The notes: generated by a model not told the origin, from the sequence alone. A stretch of DNA of 64,000 bases from an archaeon (GCA_043822065.1 JBDRCC010000007.1:32001-96000); one strand, 5' to 3'; shown: positions 31,367 to 40,571, counted from the first letter of the stretch. Program-made: numbers and translations.

Positions 31367-31719
31367 TTGTTGGACAGGTTTGCATAAAGAAAAAAGGCCA
31401 CGACGCCGGTCGCGAGTGCGTCATAATTGAGCTAAAGGAGAAGGAGAACCGCGCCCTAGTAACCGGCCCGAAGGCAGTTACCGGTGTCAGGCGCAGGTAT
31501 GTCAACCTCGCCCACCTAACGCCCACCCAAAAGGCGCTCCAGATTAAGGCGAACGCCTCAGACAGCGAAATAGCGGCGCTCCTCGGCAGGAAGATAACTG
31601 AGCACCCAAAAAAGGAAACGCCAGTAAAAACGGAAGAGAAAAAAGAGGCGCATCCGAAGAAGGCAGAGGCAAAGCCCAAAGCAAAGCCGAAGGCTAAGCA
31701 CAAGGCAAAGAAGAAATAA
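31363..31719 (+). CDS. rpl14e: 50S ribosomal protein L14e with Lys-rich tail
   Basis: VGQVCIK..GHDAG, LVTGPK..TGVRRR.VNLAHL. Confidence 0.95.
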   Translation: MIVGQVCIKKKGHDAGRECVIIELKEKENRALVTGPKAVTGVRRRYVNLAHLTPTQKALQIKANASDSEIAALLGRKITEHPKKETPVKTEEKKEAHPKKAEAKPKAKPKAKHKAKKK

Positions 31720-31721
31720 TT

Positions 31722-32702
31722 ATGGAATGGCAAGTCAAGTCGGAAGCTGAGACCAATCCAGCCTATGGCTGCCTTCCCTCAAAGCGCCCTATAGTGGAAT
31801 ACCTCCGAAACGGGATTATCAACGTTGACAAGGTTGCAGGGCCCACATCCAGGCAGGTTGCGGACTGGGTCAAAAACATCTTTGGCGCCTCAAAGACGGG
31901 GCATTCCGGGACCCTCGACCCAAACGTTACCGGGGTGTTCGTCGTCGCTCTTGACAATGCAACCAAGGCGATACATGTCCTCCTCCACTCCCCTAAGGAA
32001 TACGTCTGCCTCATGCACCTCCACGAGGACGCCCCGCTCCGCGACCTGAAAACGGCAATGAAGGAGCTCACGGGCAAGACATACCAGCGCCCCCCTCTTC
32101 GTTCAGCCGTCAAGCGCGTCCTGCGCGTTAGGGAGGCATACGCCATCGACCTCATAGAAAAGGACGGCAAGGCAGTCCTGTTCCGCGTCTCCTGCGAAGC
32201 AGGCTACTACGTCCGCAAGCTCTGCCACGACATCGGGACAATCCTCGGGGTGGGCGCCCAGATGACCGAGCTCCGAAGGACTAGGACCGGGCCATATGAC
32301 GAGGGCTCAATTGCCAGCCTCCAGAAGCTTTCCGAGGCCAAATACCTATTGGACACCAAGGGCGACGAGTCCTACCTCCGCAGGCTTGTAATGCCCGTAG
32401 AGTCAGCAGTTTCCATGATTCCCAAGGTGGCCGTCCAGGACTCAGCAGTAGGCGCCCTGTGCAATGGCTCAAAACTCATGGCCCCTGGCGTTGCAAAGCT
32501 CCAGCGGTTCAAGAAGGGCAGCACAATCGCGCTCCTCACGCTCAAGGGCGAGCTGATATGCCTCGCAGTCGCAGAGGAGGGCTCTGACAAGATACTTAAG
32601 ATGCCAAAGGGCTTCTGCGCAAAATCCACCCGCGTTATTATGCCAGAGGGAATCTACCCCAGGATGTGGAAAACCCAGAAAACCAAGCCGCCCGACCAAT
32701 AA
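31722..32702 (+). CDS. cbf5: H/ACA RNA-guided pseudouridine synthase Cbf5
   Basis: GPTS, GHSGTLDP (catalytic Asp), YQRPPLRSAVKR, ELRRTR, PUA domain, YPRMW. Confidence 0.97.
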   Translation: MEWQVKSEAETNPAYGCLPSKRPIVEYLRNGIINVDKVAGPTSRQVADWVKNIFGASKTGHSGTLDPNVTGVFVVALDNATKAIHVLLHSPKEYVCLMHLHEDAPLRDLKTAMKELTGKTYQRPPLRSAVKRVLRVREAYAIDLIEKDGKAVLFRVSCEAGYYVRKLCHDIGTILGVGAQMTELRRTRTGPYDEGSIASLQKLSEAKYLLDTKGDESYLRRLVMPVESAVSMIPKVAVQDSAVGALCNGSKLMAPGVAKLQRFKKGSTIALLTLKGELICLAVAEEGSDKILKMPKGFCAKSTRVIMPEGIYPRMWKTQKTKPPDQ

Positions 32703-32819
32703 GCAACATACCTGCTTTGTTCTTGTCTAATGAACGGCATTAAACCAAAAACAGGCAAGCCAACCGTTTTTTAGACAAAAATGTTTATAAACATATACAG
32801 CCTATACTATGATGGCAAG

Positions 32820-32903
32820 ATGAATGTAGCAACTACAAAGCAAATAATAAAAGCGTTGCTGTTGTTTGTTGTGTTCTTCTTCGGTCTGAAGAAGAAGCAA
32901 TAG
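32820..32903 (+). CDS. Putative 27-aa single-TM small protein
   Basis: MNVATTKQIIKALLLFVVFFFGLKKKQ, with TTTATAAA at 32784-32791. Confidence 0.45.
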   Translation: MNVATTKQIIKALLLFVVFFFGLKKKQ

Positions 32904-32961
32904 TAACTGCTCATCGTCCCCCCAAAACCTTTTGTATATAATTCCCTCTATACCTGTACTT

Positions 32962-33432
32962 TTACTCTGCCGACCTGTCTACGAAAATTAGCGCATATCC
33001 TATCCGGTTGGTGGCCTGTGCAGGCAGGGCATCCACAAGCGTGACATCAAACCCCTGCATCTCCTTGGTGTTTCCCTCAAACAGCGTTACCGTCTTAAGC
33101 TGCCCGCCGCCAGCTAAGCTCAGCCGGGCGGCATCAGTTATACTCGCCTCTCCCTTGAAAACCGCGGTCAGGCATATACTGTACTCACCGCCTATCGGCT
33201 CGCAGCCCCCCTGGGTGCTTATGTAACCATAAAAGTCATGGCCTATGTCACAGTCCGGGCAGCTGTTTGATGTCTCGCCAACAGTGCACATGCCATCACC
33301 GCAAATAACCTGGATCTGGCCTGAAAACATGCCAGAGGTGGGCATCTGCGCCGGGACCATAGTGTAAAGTATGATTGCCCCTGAAACAGCTATTATCGCA
33401 ATCCCCAATTTTGCGCTGCTGTCAATCTTCAT
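32962..33432 (-). CDS. Hypothetical membrane-anchored surface protein with Cys motif
   Basis: N-terminal TM helix, CGDGMCTVGETSNSCPDC. Confidence 0.75.
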   Translation of the reverse strand: MKIDSSAKLGIAIIAVSGAIILYTMVPAQMPTSGMFSGQIQVICGDGMCTVGETSNSCPDCDIGHDFYGYISTQGGCEPIGGEYSICLTAVFKGEASITDAARLSLAGGGQLKTVTLFEGNTKEMQGFDVTLVDALPAQATNRIGYALIFVDRSAE

Positions 33433-33536
33433 GCCATAATTATGGCGCCAGTCCTATTTAAACCTAAGTAAATACTGAATGCTGGCTGGTTCCTGCCAAA
33501 AACTTAAAGAACAAACCACCCATAATACCAAATCAC

Positions 33537-33607
33537 GCGGGGGTGACAGACTGGCTATGTGACCGGCTGCAGACCGGTATAAGAGGGTTCAATTCCCTCC
33601 CCCCGCT
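33537..33607 (+). tRNA. tRNA-Cys(GCA)
   Basis: GCGGGGG/CCCCCGC + U73, ACCGG-CTGCAGA-CCGGT, GAGGG-TTCAATT-CCCTC. Confidence 0.95.
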
Positions 33608-33663
33608 CTATACCTTATAGCATTTCTAAAATCGATTGTGGCTGAGCAGCCTGTTTTCTCGCT

Positions 33664-34749
33664 TTATTGCTTGGAAAGCGTAACCGCGCTCGAGGCTGAG
33701 CCGGAGCAGCAGGTGGAGGTGAATTCAATATTTCCAGTTATGAAGTCGCCGCTCTTGGAACCAGCGAAGGCGCCCACATACGGGTTGCCGCCGGCTGTAA
33801 AAAAGCCGGTGCTGAACTGGAGGCTGGATGCCGTGCCGCTTACTACAGGGCTGTCCGCCCAGGGAACCTGGCTGTCCAGGCAGGTGAACCCCGCGGTCGA
33901 GCCGGCGATGCCATAAGAGGTAAACAAGGCGTCGACGCTGGCAGTCCCGCTCAACGCGCCGCTGGAATCCTCAATTACCGTCAGGGATATAGTGCCCCCG
34001 AACGTGTCGTCAAATGTGCAGGTGGTGTAATACTCCTGGAATGCCCGGTCATAGTTGCCCCTCACGCTGAATGTGCCGGCATAAACCTCCTCCACCGGCT
34101 CAACTTCTTTAAGCTTTTCTATTACTGCAGTCTCCTTCTCGCAGACAGACAGGCCGACCAAGTCAACCGCGCACACCCCAAACGTGTAAGTCCCCTCTGT
34201 CGTAGGTATCCCTATCAGGAGGCCGTCGATGCCGACTACTGTGCCCCACGGCGGGGTCCCCTCCCGGAACGTGTCTGATTGGTAGTGGTACGGCGGGGTG
34301 CCTCCTGCGACGCCGGCTATCATGTTGGCTTGGCACATCTGGTCAACAAAGCACAAAACTGGGGTAAGCTGGAGAGTAAGCGACGGCTGTTTGACTATAA
34401 TCGCAAGCTCAAGCGAAACCGCCCGCCCGGCAGAATCCGTTATGGTTATGGTGAAGGGCGGCGAGACGCTCTTGGTGCTTCCTGGGGCAAGCAATGGCGG
34501 TGTCCCGTCAAGTATGCAGTTTGCCAGTATGAAGCCAGGCGGCAGTGCGCCTGCAGTGACTGCGCAGGCGTAAGGCGGGGTGCCGCCTTGAGCGGTTATC
34601 GGATATATCCCCTGCTGGCCAGCAGTCCACTCAGGGAGCCCGGAGACCGTGGCTTGCAACGGCGCGTCGCCTCCATCGCCAGTGCACCCTGAAGCAAGCA
34701 GGATAGCTAACACAAGAAGGAAAACAGGCGTCTTATTACCGGCTCTCAC
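33664..34749 (-). CDS. Putative lipoprotein with two putative-Ig (He_PIG-like) domains; start codon uncertain
   Basis: LAILLASGC lipobox-like signal; two GGTPPY...PP...G.P repeats; TATA about 25 nt upstream of GTG 34749. Confidence 0.8.
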   Translation of the reverse strand: MRAGNKTPVFLLVLAILLASGCTGDGGDAPLQATVSGLPEWTAGQQGIYPITAQGGTPPYACAVTAGALPPGFILANCILDGTPPLLAPGSTKSVSPPFTITITDSAGRAVSLELAIIVKQPSLTLQLTPVLCFVDQMCQANMIAGVAGGTPPYHYQSDTFREGTPPWGTVVGIDGLLIGIPTTEGTYTFGVCAVDLVGLSVCEKETAVIEKLKEVEPVEEVYAGTFSVRGNYDRAFQEYYTTCTFDDTFGGTISLTVIEDSSGALSGTASVDALFTSYGIAGSTAGFTCLDSQVPWADSPVVSGTASSLQFSTGFFTAGGNPYVGAFAGSKSGDFITGNIEFTSTCCSGSASSAVTLSKQ

Positions 34750-34838
34750 AGCCCTACATAAAATAAACTTTCTTATATAGATTCTTAGCAAAGTGTGGCT
34801 TCAACATCCTTATAAACTCCACGATTTAGAGGATAATA

Positions 34839-36137
34839 ATGCCTGAATCCCAAGCATCCAAAAGCCATAGCCCTGAATGTGTAGACAAATTCAGGCAGTT
34901 GGGGATAGCCGAGCCCGTACTGAATGCCATAGCGGAGCAGGGATTCGAGATGCCGTCGGAGATACAACGCAAGTCCATACAGCTTGTCGTGTCCGGCAAA
35001 GATGTCATAGCCGAGGCGGCAACCGGTTCAGGGAAGACATTGGCCTTTGACGCCGGCATCATACAGAACACCGAGCCAGGATACGGCCTCCAGGCGCTTA
35101 TACTTACCCCTACCCGGGAGCTGGCAGAGCAGAACGCGAGGGCGCTCAGGTCATTTTCAAAATACAAGCCCCTCCATATTGTCACTATCTACGGCGGCGT
35201 GCCCATCAACAAGCAGATACACTTAGTCCGGACTGCCGACGTGGTCGTTGCCACGCCGGGGCGGCTCCTGGACCACATGGAGCGGGGCACCATTCAGCTG
35301 AATGAAATTACCATTCTTGTTCTTGACGAGGCGGATACCATGCTCGACATGGGGTTCATAAGGGACGTCCGGAAAATAATGCAAGCTTGCCCAAGGAGCC
35401 GCCAGACGCTCCTTTTCTCTGCCACAATCACGCGGGAGGTAGCCCGCCTCTCTCATGACTACATGCGCTCGCCGCAGCAGGTCTTCGCGGAGCCCCAGGT
35501 TGACCCGAAACAGCTGGCCCAAGTCTACTACGAGATATCTAGCAAGCTCAAGTTTTCCCTGCTAGCGCATCTGCTAATGCACGAAGACGCGAAGCTCGTT
35601 ATGGTGTTCTGCAATACCCGGCGCTTCGTGGATATAGTGGCAAGAAACCTCAACCAGGCAGGCATAGATGCGATGCCTATCCACGGCGGGCTTACCCAGT
35701 CAAAGAGGGGCAAGACCCTGCACCAGTTCCACTCCCAGGCGACGACGGTGCTCGTCTGCACTGACGTGGCTGCGAGGGGGCTGGACATACCCCATGTGTC
35801 CCACATTTACAATTATGACCTGCCAAAGGAAAGCAAGCAGTACATTCACAGGATTGGGCGGACTGCCAGAGCGGGAAAAGAGGGGAAAGTCATAAACCTG
35901 CTTTCCGAGCGGGACCATGACGCCTTTAGGCAGGTGCTGCATGATAATGGTGTTAAAGTCACGAGGATGGCTGTGCCCCCGATGAAAAGAATAGAGATGC
36001 AGCAAACTGGGCGGCGGGACTACCGCCAAGGAAACGACAGAAGGCGAAACCCACATAAGAATTATTCTCACCTGCAGAGGCGCCAGAGGTCTTCATCACA
36101 CAGCCAGCGGGCGCCAAGCCGGGGCTCCAGCAGATAG
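34839..36137 (+). CDS. DEAD-box RNA helicase
   Basis: Q motif, ATGSGKT, PTRELA, TPGRLLD, DEAD, SAT, ARGLD, HRIGRTAR; Arg-rich tail. Confidence 0.97.
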   Translation: MPESQASKSHSPECVDKFRQLGIAEPVLNAIAEQGFEMPSEIQRKSIQLVVSGKDVIAEAATGSGKTLAFDAGIIQNTEPGYGLQALILTPTRELAEQNARALRSFSKYKPLHIVTIYGGVPINKQIHLVRTADVVVATPGRLLDHMERGTIQLNEITILVLDEADTMLDMGFIRDVRKIMQACPRSRQTLLFSATITREVARLSHDYMRSPQQVFAEPQVDPKQLAQVYYEISSKLKFSLLAHLLMHEDAKLVMVFCNTRRFVDIVARNLNQAGIDAMPIHGGLTQSKRGKTLHQFHSQATTVLVCTDVAARGLDIPHVSHIYNYDLPKESKQYIHRIGRTARAGKEGKVINLLSERDHDAFRQVLHDNGVKVTRMAVPPMKRIEMQQTGRRDYRQGNDRRRNPHKNYSHLQRRQRSSSHSQRAPSRGSSR

Positions 36138-36418
36138 CCGCCATCCGCCCTCCCTGCTACCCCACTCCCTCAAGAGCAAAAGTTTAAATTACCCTTCTGC
36201 CTATTACCAGCCGTCAACGGCATATCACTGGCGCGTTGGCAGAGGCTAAATGCACGCAACAACCCGAATTGGGGACGAAGAAGACGACTGCGACGAGTAA
36301 ACGCACGCGAGTTTTTTCTTCTCGCCTTAGCTATACGCTCCTTCTGTTAAGGAATTCAACTATTTATTATTCAATGGTTGTCAATATCTTTTTATTTGCG
36401 GAGCGCATAGGTTAACAG

Positions 36419-37828
36419 ATGAAGATATACAACACCCTGAGCCGGGAGAAGGAGGAGTTTGCCCCGGTCAGCGGCAAGACGGTCAATATGTACGTCTGCG
36501 GCCCGACAGTCTATGACTACTCCCACCTCGGTCATGCGCGGGCTTACCTCGCTTTTGATGTAGTCCACCGGTACCTCCTCTACAAGAAGTACGAGGTCAA
36601 CTACATTCAGAACATCACCGACGTCGACGACAAGATAATCAACCGGGCAAACGAAACCAAGCGGAAGCCTTCGGACGTAGCTGAGAAATTTACCAAAGAG
36701 TACCTTGCAGACATGGACTCCCTCGGCATCCTTCGGCCGACCAGCCAGCCAAGGGCGACTGGAGTCATACCTGAGATGATAACGATAATAAAATCTCTAA
36801 TATCAAAGGGGTTCGCCTACGAGTCCGGCGGGGACGTCTATTTCTCCCTCCGGAAGTTCAAGGGCTACGGAAAGCTCTCCGGGCAAACAATCGACCAGAT
36901 GAAGGTGGGGGCGCGGGTGGAACCTGGCGAAAACAAACGGGACCCGCTGGACTTTGCCCTCTGGAAGAAATCAAAGCCGGGCGAGCCAGAGTGGGACTCC
37001 CCCTGGGGCAAGGGGCGCCCGGGCTGGCACATCGAGTGCTCCGCGATGTCAATGAAATACGGGGCTGAGACACTTGACATCCACGCTGGCGGGCAGGACC
37101 TCATATTCCCACACCACGAGAACGAAATCGCGCAGTCCGAGGCTTACACTGGCAAGCCCTTTGCCAAATACTGGCTGCACAACGGCTTCGTAACAATCAA
37201 CAAGGAGAAGATGTCAAAGTCGCTGGGAAACTTCTTCACAATCCGCGACATACTGAAGAAGTACAGCCCGCTTGCGGTCAGGTTTTTTCTCCTTTCGACC
37301 TCCTATCGGAGCCCGATAGACTTCTCGAACGACGCGCTCGAGCAGGCGCAGAGGGGTGCGGAGCGGCTGTTAAACACATATAGCCTCCTCATCCTCAACC
37401 TAAAGTCTGCGAAATCTTCTGCGCCCTCCGCCGGCGACAAGAAGCTGTCTGGCGAGCTAAAGGAGAAAAAACAGGGCTTCCTCAAGGCGATGGACGACGA
37501 CTTCAATACCAGCGAGGCGATTGCCAGGCTCTTCGAGATTTCTACTCTGGTGCACAAGTACCTCGAGAACGGCAAGCCGAATGCCGCCGTCCTTAAAGAG
37601 GCAGTGGACTTATTCAAAGACTTCGACAGGATACTCGGTTTCCTCCAGTTTGCCAAGACTGAGCTTCCCATTCCGGAATCTGAAATAACGCAGATGGTAA
37701 ACGACCGCGAGGCGGCGCGTAAGACTAAGGACTATGCAAAGGCAGACGCAATCCGCAGCCAGCTTCTTGGCAAGGGAATAATCATAGAAGACCAAAAGGA
37801 CGGGACCGTGAGATGGAAAATAAAGTGA
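36419..37828 (+). CDS. cysS: Cysteine--tRNA ligase
   Basis: YVCGPTVYD.SHLGHAR, GRPGWHIECSAM, FPHHENE, KMSKS. Confidence 0.99.
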   Translation: MKIYNTLSREKEEFAPVSGKTVNMYVCGPTVYDYSHLGHARAYLAFDVVHRYLLYKKYEVNYIQNITDVDDKIINRANETKRKPSDVAEKFTKEYLADMDSLGILRPTSQPRATGVIPEMITIIKSLISKGFAYESGGDVYFSLRKFKGYGKLSGQTIDQMKVGARVEPGENKRDPLDFALWKKSKPGEPEWDSPWGKGRPGWHIECSAMSMKYGAETLDIHAGGQDLIFPHHENEIAQSEAYTGKPFAKYWLHNGFVTINKEKMSKSLGNFFTIRDILKKYSPLAVRFFLLSTSYRSPIDFSNDALEQAQRGAERLLNTYSLLILNLKSAKSSAPSAGDKKLSGELKEKKQGFLKAMDDDFNTSEAIARLFEISTLVHKYLENGKPNAAVLKEAVDLFKDFDRILGFLQFAKTELPIPESEITQMVNDREAARKTKDYAKADAIRSQLLGKGIIIEDQKDGTVRWKIK

Positions 37829-38802
37829 CCGTCGGCTTTCTCGAAATTAACGAGATACAAAAGATTAAGCCCGCACTGGAAACGGAGTTCTCCAGTGGCG
37901 AATCTGTTGCAATAAAGCTCCATATGGGCGAAACTTACAACAAGAACTTCCTAAAGCCGGCTTTCGTCAGGCAGTTCGTGGATGCCCTGACAAGCATCGG
38001 GTGCGAGCCCTTCCTCTTTGACTCGCCGACGCTCTACCGGGGCGGGAGGTCGAATTCCACAGCCTACATGCTCACTGCCGCGAAGAATGGATTCACAAAA
38101 AAGGCAATTGGCTGCCCAATAAAAATCTCAAACCGCGCAGAATACTTCCCGTCCGAGCACTTCGACGTCGGCGTCTGCAAGCACCTCCTTGAAGCCGACG
38201 GCGTCTTTGTCCTCAGCCATGTGAAGGGTCATGTGTGCGCAGGGTTTGGCGCCGCCATAAAGAACATTGGCATGGGCGCGCTTGACAAGAAGACCAAAGG
38301 TGCGATACACAACGGGGGCAAGCCGGTTTACACCGAAGGCTGCACAGAATGCGGCGTATGCTCAAAGGCATGCCCATTCGGCAGCATATACTACAAGGGC
38401 AGCAGGCCGCATTTCGACGGCGGCTACTGCAGCGGCTGCGGCGTTTGCATACTCTCGTGCCCTCAAAAACTGATAAAGCCGAAGATTGCAATGTTCGACC
38501 TCCTGCTTGCAGAAGGCGCGGCGGTTGCGTACAAGCAATTCAAGAAATCGTATTTCGCGAACGCCATGCTGCAAGTCTCCAAGTGGTGCGACTGCGCCCC
38601 GTCCTCAGAGATAATCGCCAAGGACGTCGGAATTGTCCACGGCAAAGACCCGGTTGCAGCTGACAAGGCGGCCTACGACCTGCTAAAGGAACGCGAGGGC
38701 GGGGACGTCTTCTACAAGGCAAACCGAAAGAGCCCGCTTGACCACATCCGCGCCGCGAGCAGGCTCGACATGGGCACGCTCCAGTACTCTCTAAAAAAAT
38801 GA
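37813..38802 (+). CDS. DUF362 family Fe-S protein with 2x[4Fe-4S] ferredoxin domain
   Basis: AIKLHMGE, SHVKGH...GFGAAIKNIGMG, CTECGVCSKACP, CSGCGVCILSCP, CDC. Confidence 0.9.
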   Translation: MENKVTVGFLEINEIQKIKPALETEFSSGESVAIKLHMGETYNKNFLKPAFVRQFVDALTSIGCEPFLFDSPTLYRGGRSNSTAYMLTAAKNGFTKKAIGCPIKISNRAEYFPSEHFDVGVCKHLLEADGVFVLSHVKGHVCAGFGAAIKNIGMGALDKKTKGAIHNGGKPVYTEGCTECGVCSKACPFGSIYYKGSRPHFDGGYCSGCGVCILSCPQKLIKPKIAMFDLLLAEGAAVAYKQFKKSYFANAMLQVSKWCDCAPSSEIIAKDVGIVHGKDPVAADKAAYDLLKEREGGDVFYKANRKSPLDHIRAASRLDMGTLQYSLKK

Positions 38803-39413
38803 CCGAAAAAAAGCCAGAGCATTACTTTACAAGCAGGCAGACGTCAGAGATAAAGTACGGCATAGTAAAAGCGACAATCCTTGGCAGGGAATACAGCTTC
38901 TATACGTGCTCCGGGCTGTTCTCCTGGAAAGAAATAGACCGCGGCACATGGACATTGATAAAATACATGCGGCTCCCTGACGCAGGCAGCATACTCGACC
39001 TCGGCTGCGGCTTTGGCGCGGTCGGCATCGTCGCAGCAGCGCTCAAGCCGCAGGGCAAAGTCCTGCTCACTGACATCAACTACCGCGCAGTCCACATGGC
39101 AAGAAAAACCATCAAGGAGATGGAGCTGTCCAATGCAAGCGCCAGGACCGGGAACTTATTTGAGAAAATTCCTGAAAAGTTCGACACCATACTTGTAAAC
39201 CCCCCTTTTGCAGCAGGGCTTGAGACTGTCTTCCGCTTTATCGCCGAGTCTAAGCAACATTTATATCCGCACGGGACATTACAGGTAGTGGCGCGCCACA
39301 ACAAGGGCGGGGCGCGAGTGCAGGAGAAAATCGAGGACGTCTTCGGCAATTCCGAAGTGCTTGGAAAGTCCGGCGGCTTCCGGGTCTACATGGGAACTAA
39401 TGAACATAAATGA
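38799..39413 (+). CDS. Class I SAM methyltransferase, RsmC/MTS family
   Basis: EHYF, GLFS..EIDRGT, LDLGCGFG, NPPF. Confidence 0.92.
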   Translation: MTEKKPEHYFTSRQTSEIKYGIVKATILGREYSFYTCSGLFSWKEIDRGTWTLIKYMRLPDAGSILDLGCGFGAVGIVAAALKPQGKVLLTDINYRAVHMARKTIKEMELSNASARTGNLFEKIPEKFDTILVNPPFAAGLETVFRFIAESKQHLYPHGTLQVVARHNKGGARVQEKIEDVFGNSEVLGKSGGFRVYMGTNEHK

Positions 39414-40119
39414 GATAGTCGACCGCTACAAGTCTGCGAGCGAATCAGAGTTCTACGAGCGCATAAAAAACAGCCTTGACATCGAAAAAATCCTTTTCCT
39501 TTACGGCAGGTCTGTCTCCGTCTTTGAGCTTATGATACTCCTCCAGAAGAAGGCGGACTCCTGGAAGCTCCAGACAAACCGTGACCGCCTTTACTCAGCC
39601 CTTTCCCACAGGCTCAACGCCCAGTACGCCGGGGGCAATATCCTCCTCCAGCCAATGGCAAACTTTGACGAGGACCTGCACTTCCTGATACAGAAGGTTG
39701 TCCGGGACAATGGCATTCCCCTGTATGAGGGGGAGTTTAAGGTTGTATCTCCGAAGATGCTGACCCAGACCTCGAACAGCATACTTAGGACATACCTCAA
39801 GCTAAGGTTCACAACCGAGCGCGACTTCCTCGGCGCGTTTGAAAAAGCCGAATCCCAGCTTGCAAAGCACATAGCCCGCGCAACAGACGGCCTCCGCCTT
39901 GCCGCCACTGATGCGGAGCTGCTCACTTTTCTTGCGGCATTCTACAAGGACATTCTGAACCTTGAGAAGAACCAGGCCAAGGCTATTTATTCCCAGAAGG
40001 CTGCAGAGCTCAACCTGGTCAGCCGCATGAAAAGGAAGTACGCCTTGACAGACGAGGAAACAACCGCGCTCAGGTACACGATTTACAAGGCAGTCAAGGA
40101 CATCTGCGACCACGTCTAG
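39400..40119 (+). CDS. Hypothetical protein
   Basis: 239-codon ORF overlapping the upstream gene, host-like codon use, no recognised motif. Confidence 0.7.
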   Translation: MNINEIVDRYKSASESEFYERIKNSLDIEKILFLYGRSVSVFELMILLQKKADSWKLQTNRDRLYSALSHRLNAQYAGGNILLQPMANFDEDLHFLIQKVVRDNGIPLYEGEFKVVSPKMLTQTSNSILRTYLKLRFTTERDFLGAFEKAESQLAKHIARATDGLRLAATDAELLTFLAAFYKDILNLEKNQAKAIYSQKAAELNLVSRMKRKYALTDEETTALRYTIYKAVKDICDHV

Positions 40120-40571
40120 CTATAGCTGTGCTTTACGTCCTCTTTGTACACTTTTGCAATTCTTATCCCCTCTGTCTGGGCCACGCCCTCCACCTTTGCA
40201 AACTTCTTTGCGGACAGCTCATAGTAGGCGTCGTTGTCCTGCGTCCTTATCTTAAGTAGGATACCCCACGTGCCTATCATCCAGTATGCCTCTTCGACTT
40301 CTGGATTCTTAAGGAGCTCCTTGACGACTGTCTCGGCGTCCGCATTTGCCCGCAGCCGTATCCTCATGTATGTGAGTATGGGAAGCCCAATCTTTGCCGG
40401 GTCGACAAGCGGGACCATCTTCTTCACAGTACCATCCTTTTGCATCCTGCCTATGCGCTCCCTGACCGTAGACGGCGGGATGCCGAGCTTCCGCCCAATG
40501 CTGACGCTTTGGGGGACGCAGTAGCCTCCCTCCTGCATAATTTTTAGAATCTGCTTGTCCATGTCGTCCAT
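40116..40571 (-). CDS. Lrp/AsnC family transcriptional regulator
   Basis: DDMDKQILK, LGIPPSTVRERI HTH, VDPAKIG, RAM domain PEVEEAYWMIG. Confidence 0.93.
   Translation of the reverse strand: MDDMDKQILKIMQEGGYCVPQSVSIGRKLGIPPSTVRERIGRMQKDGTVKKMVPLVDPAKIGLPILTYMRIRLRANADAETVVKELLKNPEVEEAYWMIGTWGILLKIRTQDNDAYYELSAKKFAKVEGVAQTEGIRIAKVYKEDVKHSYS

Noticed and set aside
31722-32702. Intron in cbf5 as found in some Crenarchaeota
   Set aside because: The frame is continuous through GPTS and HSGTLDP.
36148-36170. C-rich tract as attR of tRNA-Cys enclosing the Ig protein and helicase
   Set aside because: Only low-complexity partial similarity (CCCTCCC, CCCCACTC); not distinguishable from chance.
36230-36253. 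tRNA-like 5' half GGCGCGTTGGCAGAGGCTAAATGC (split tRNA or mimic)
   Set aside because: No matching acceptor 3' strand, anticodon arm or canonical T-loop in the window.
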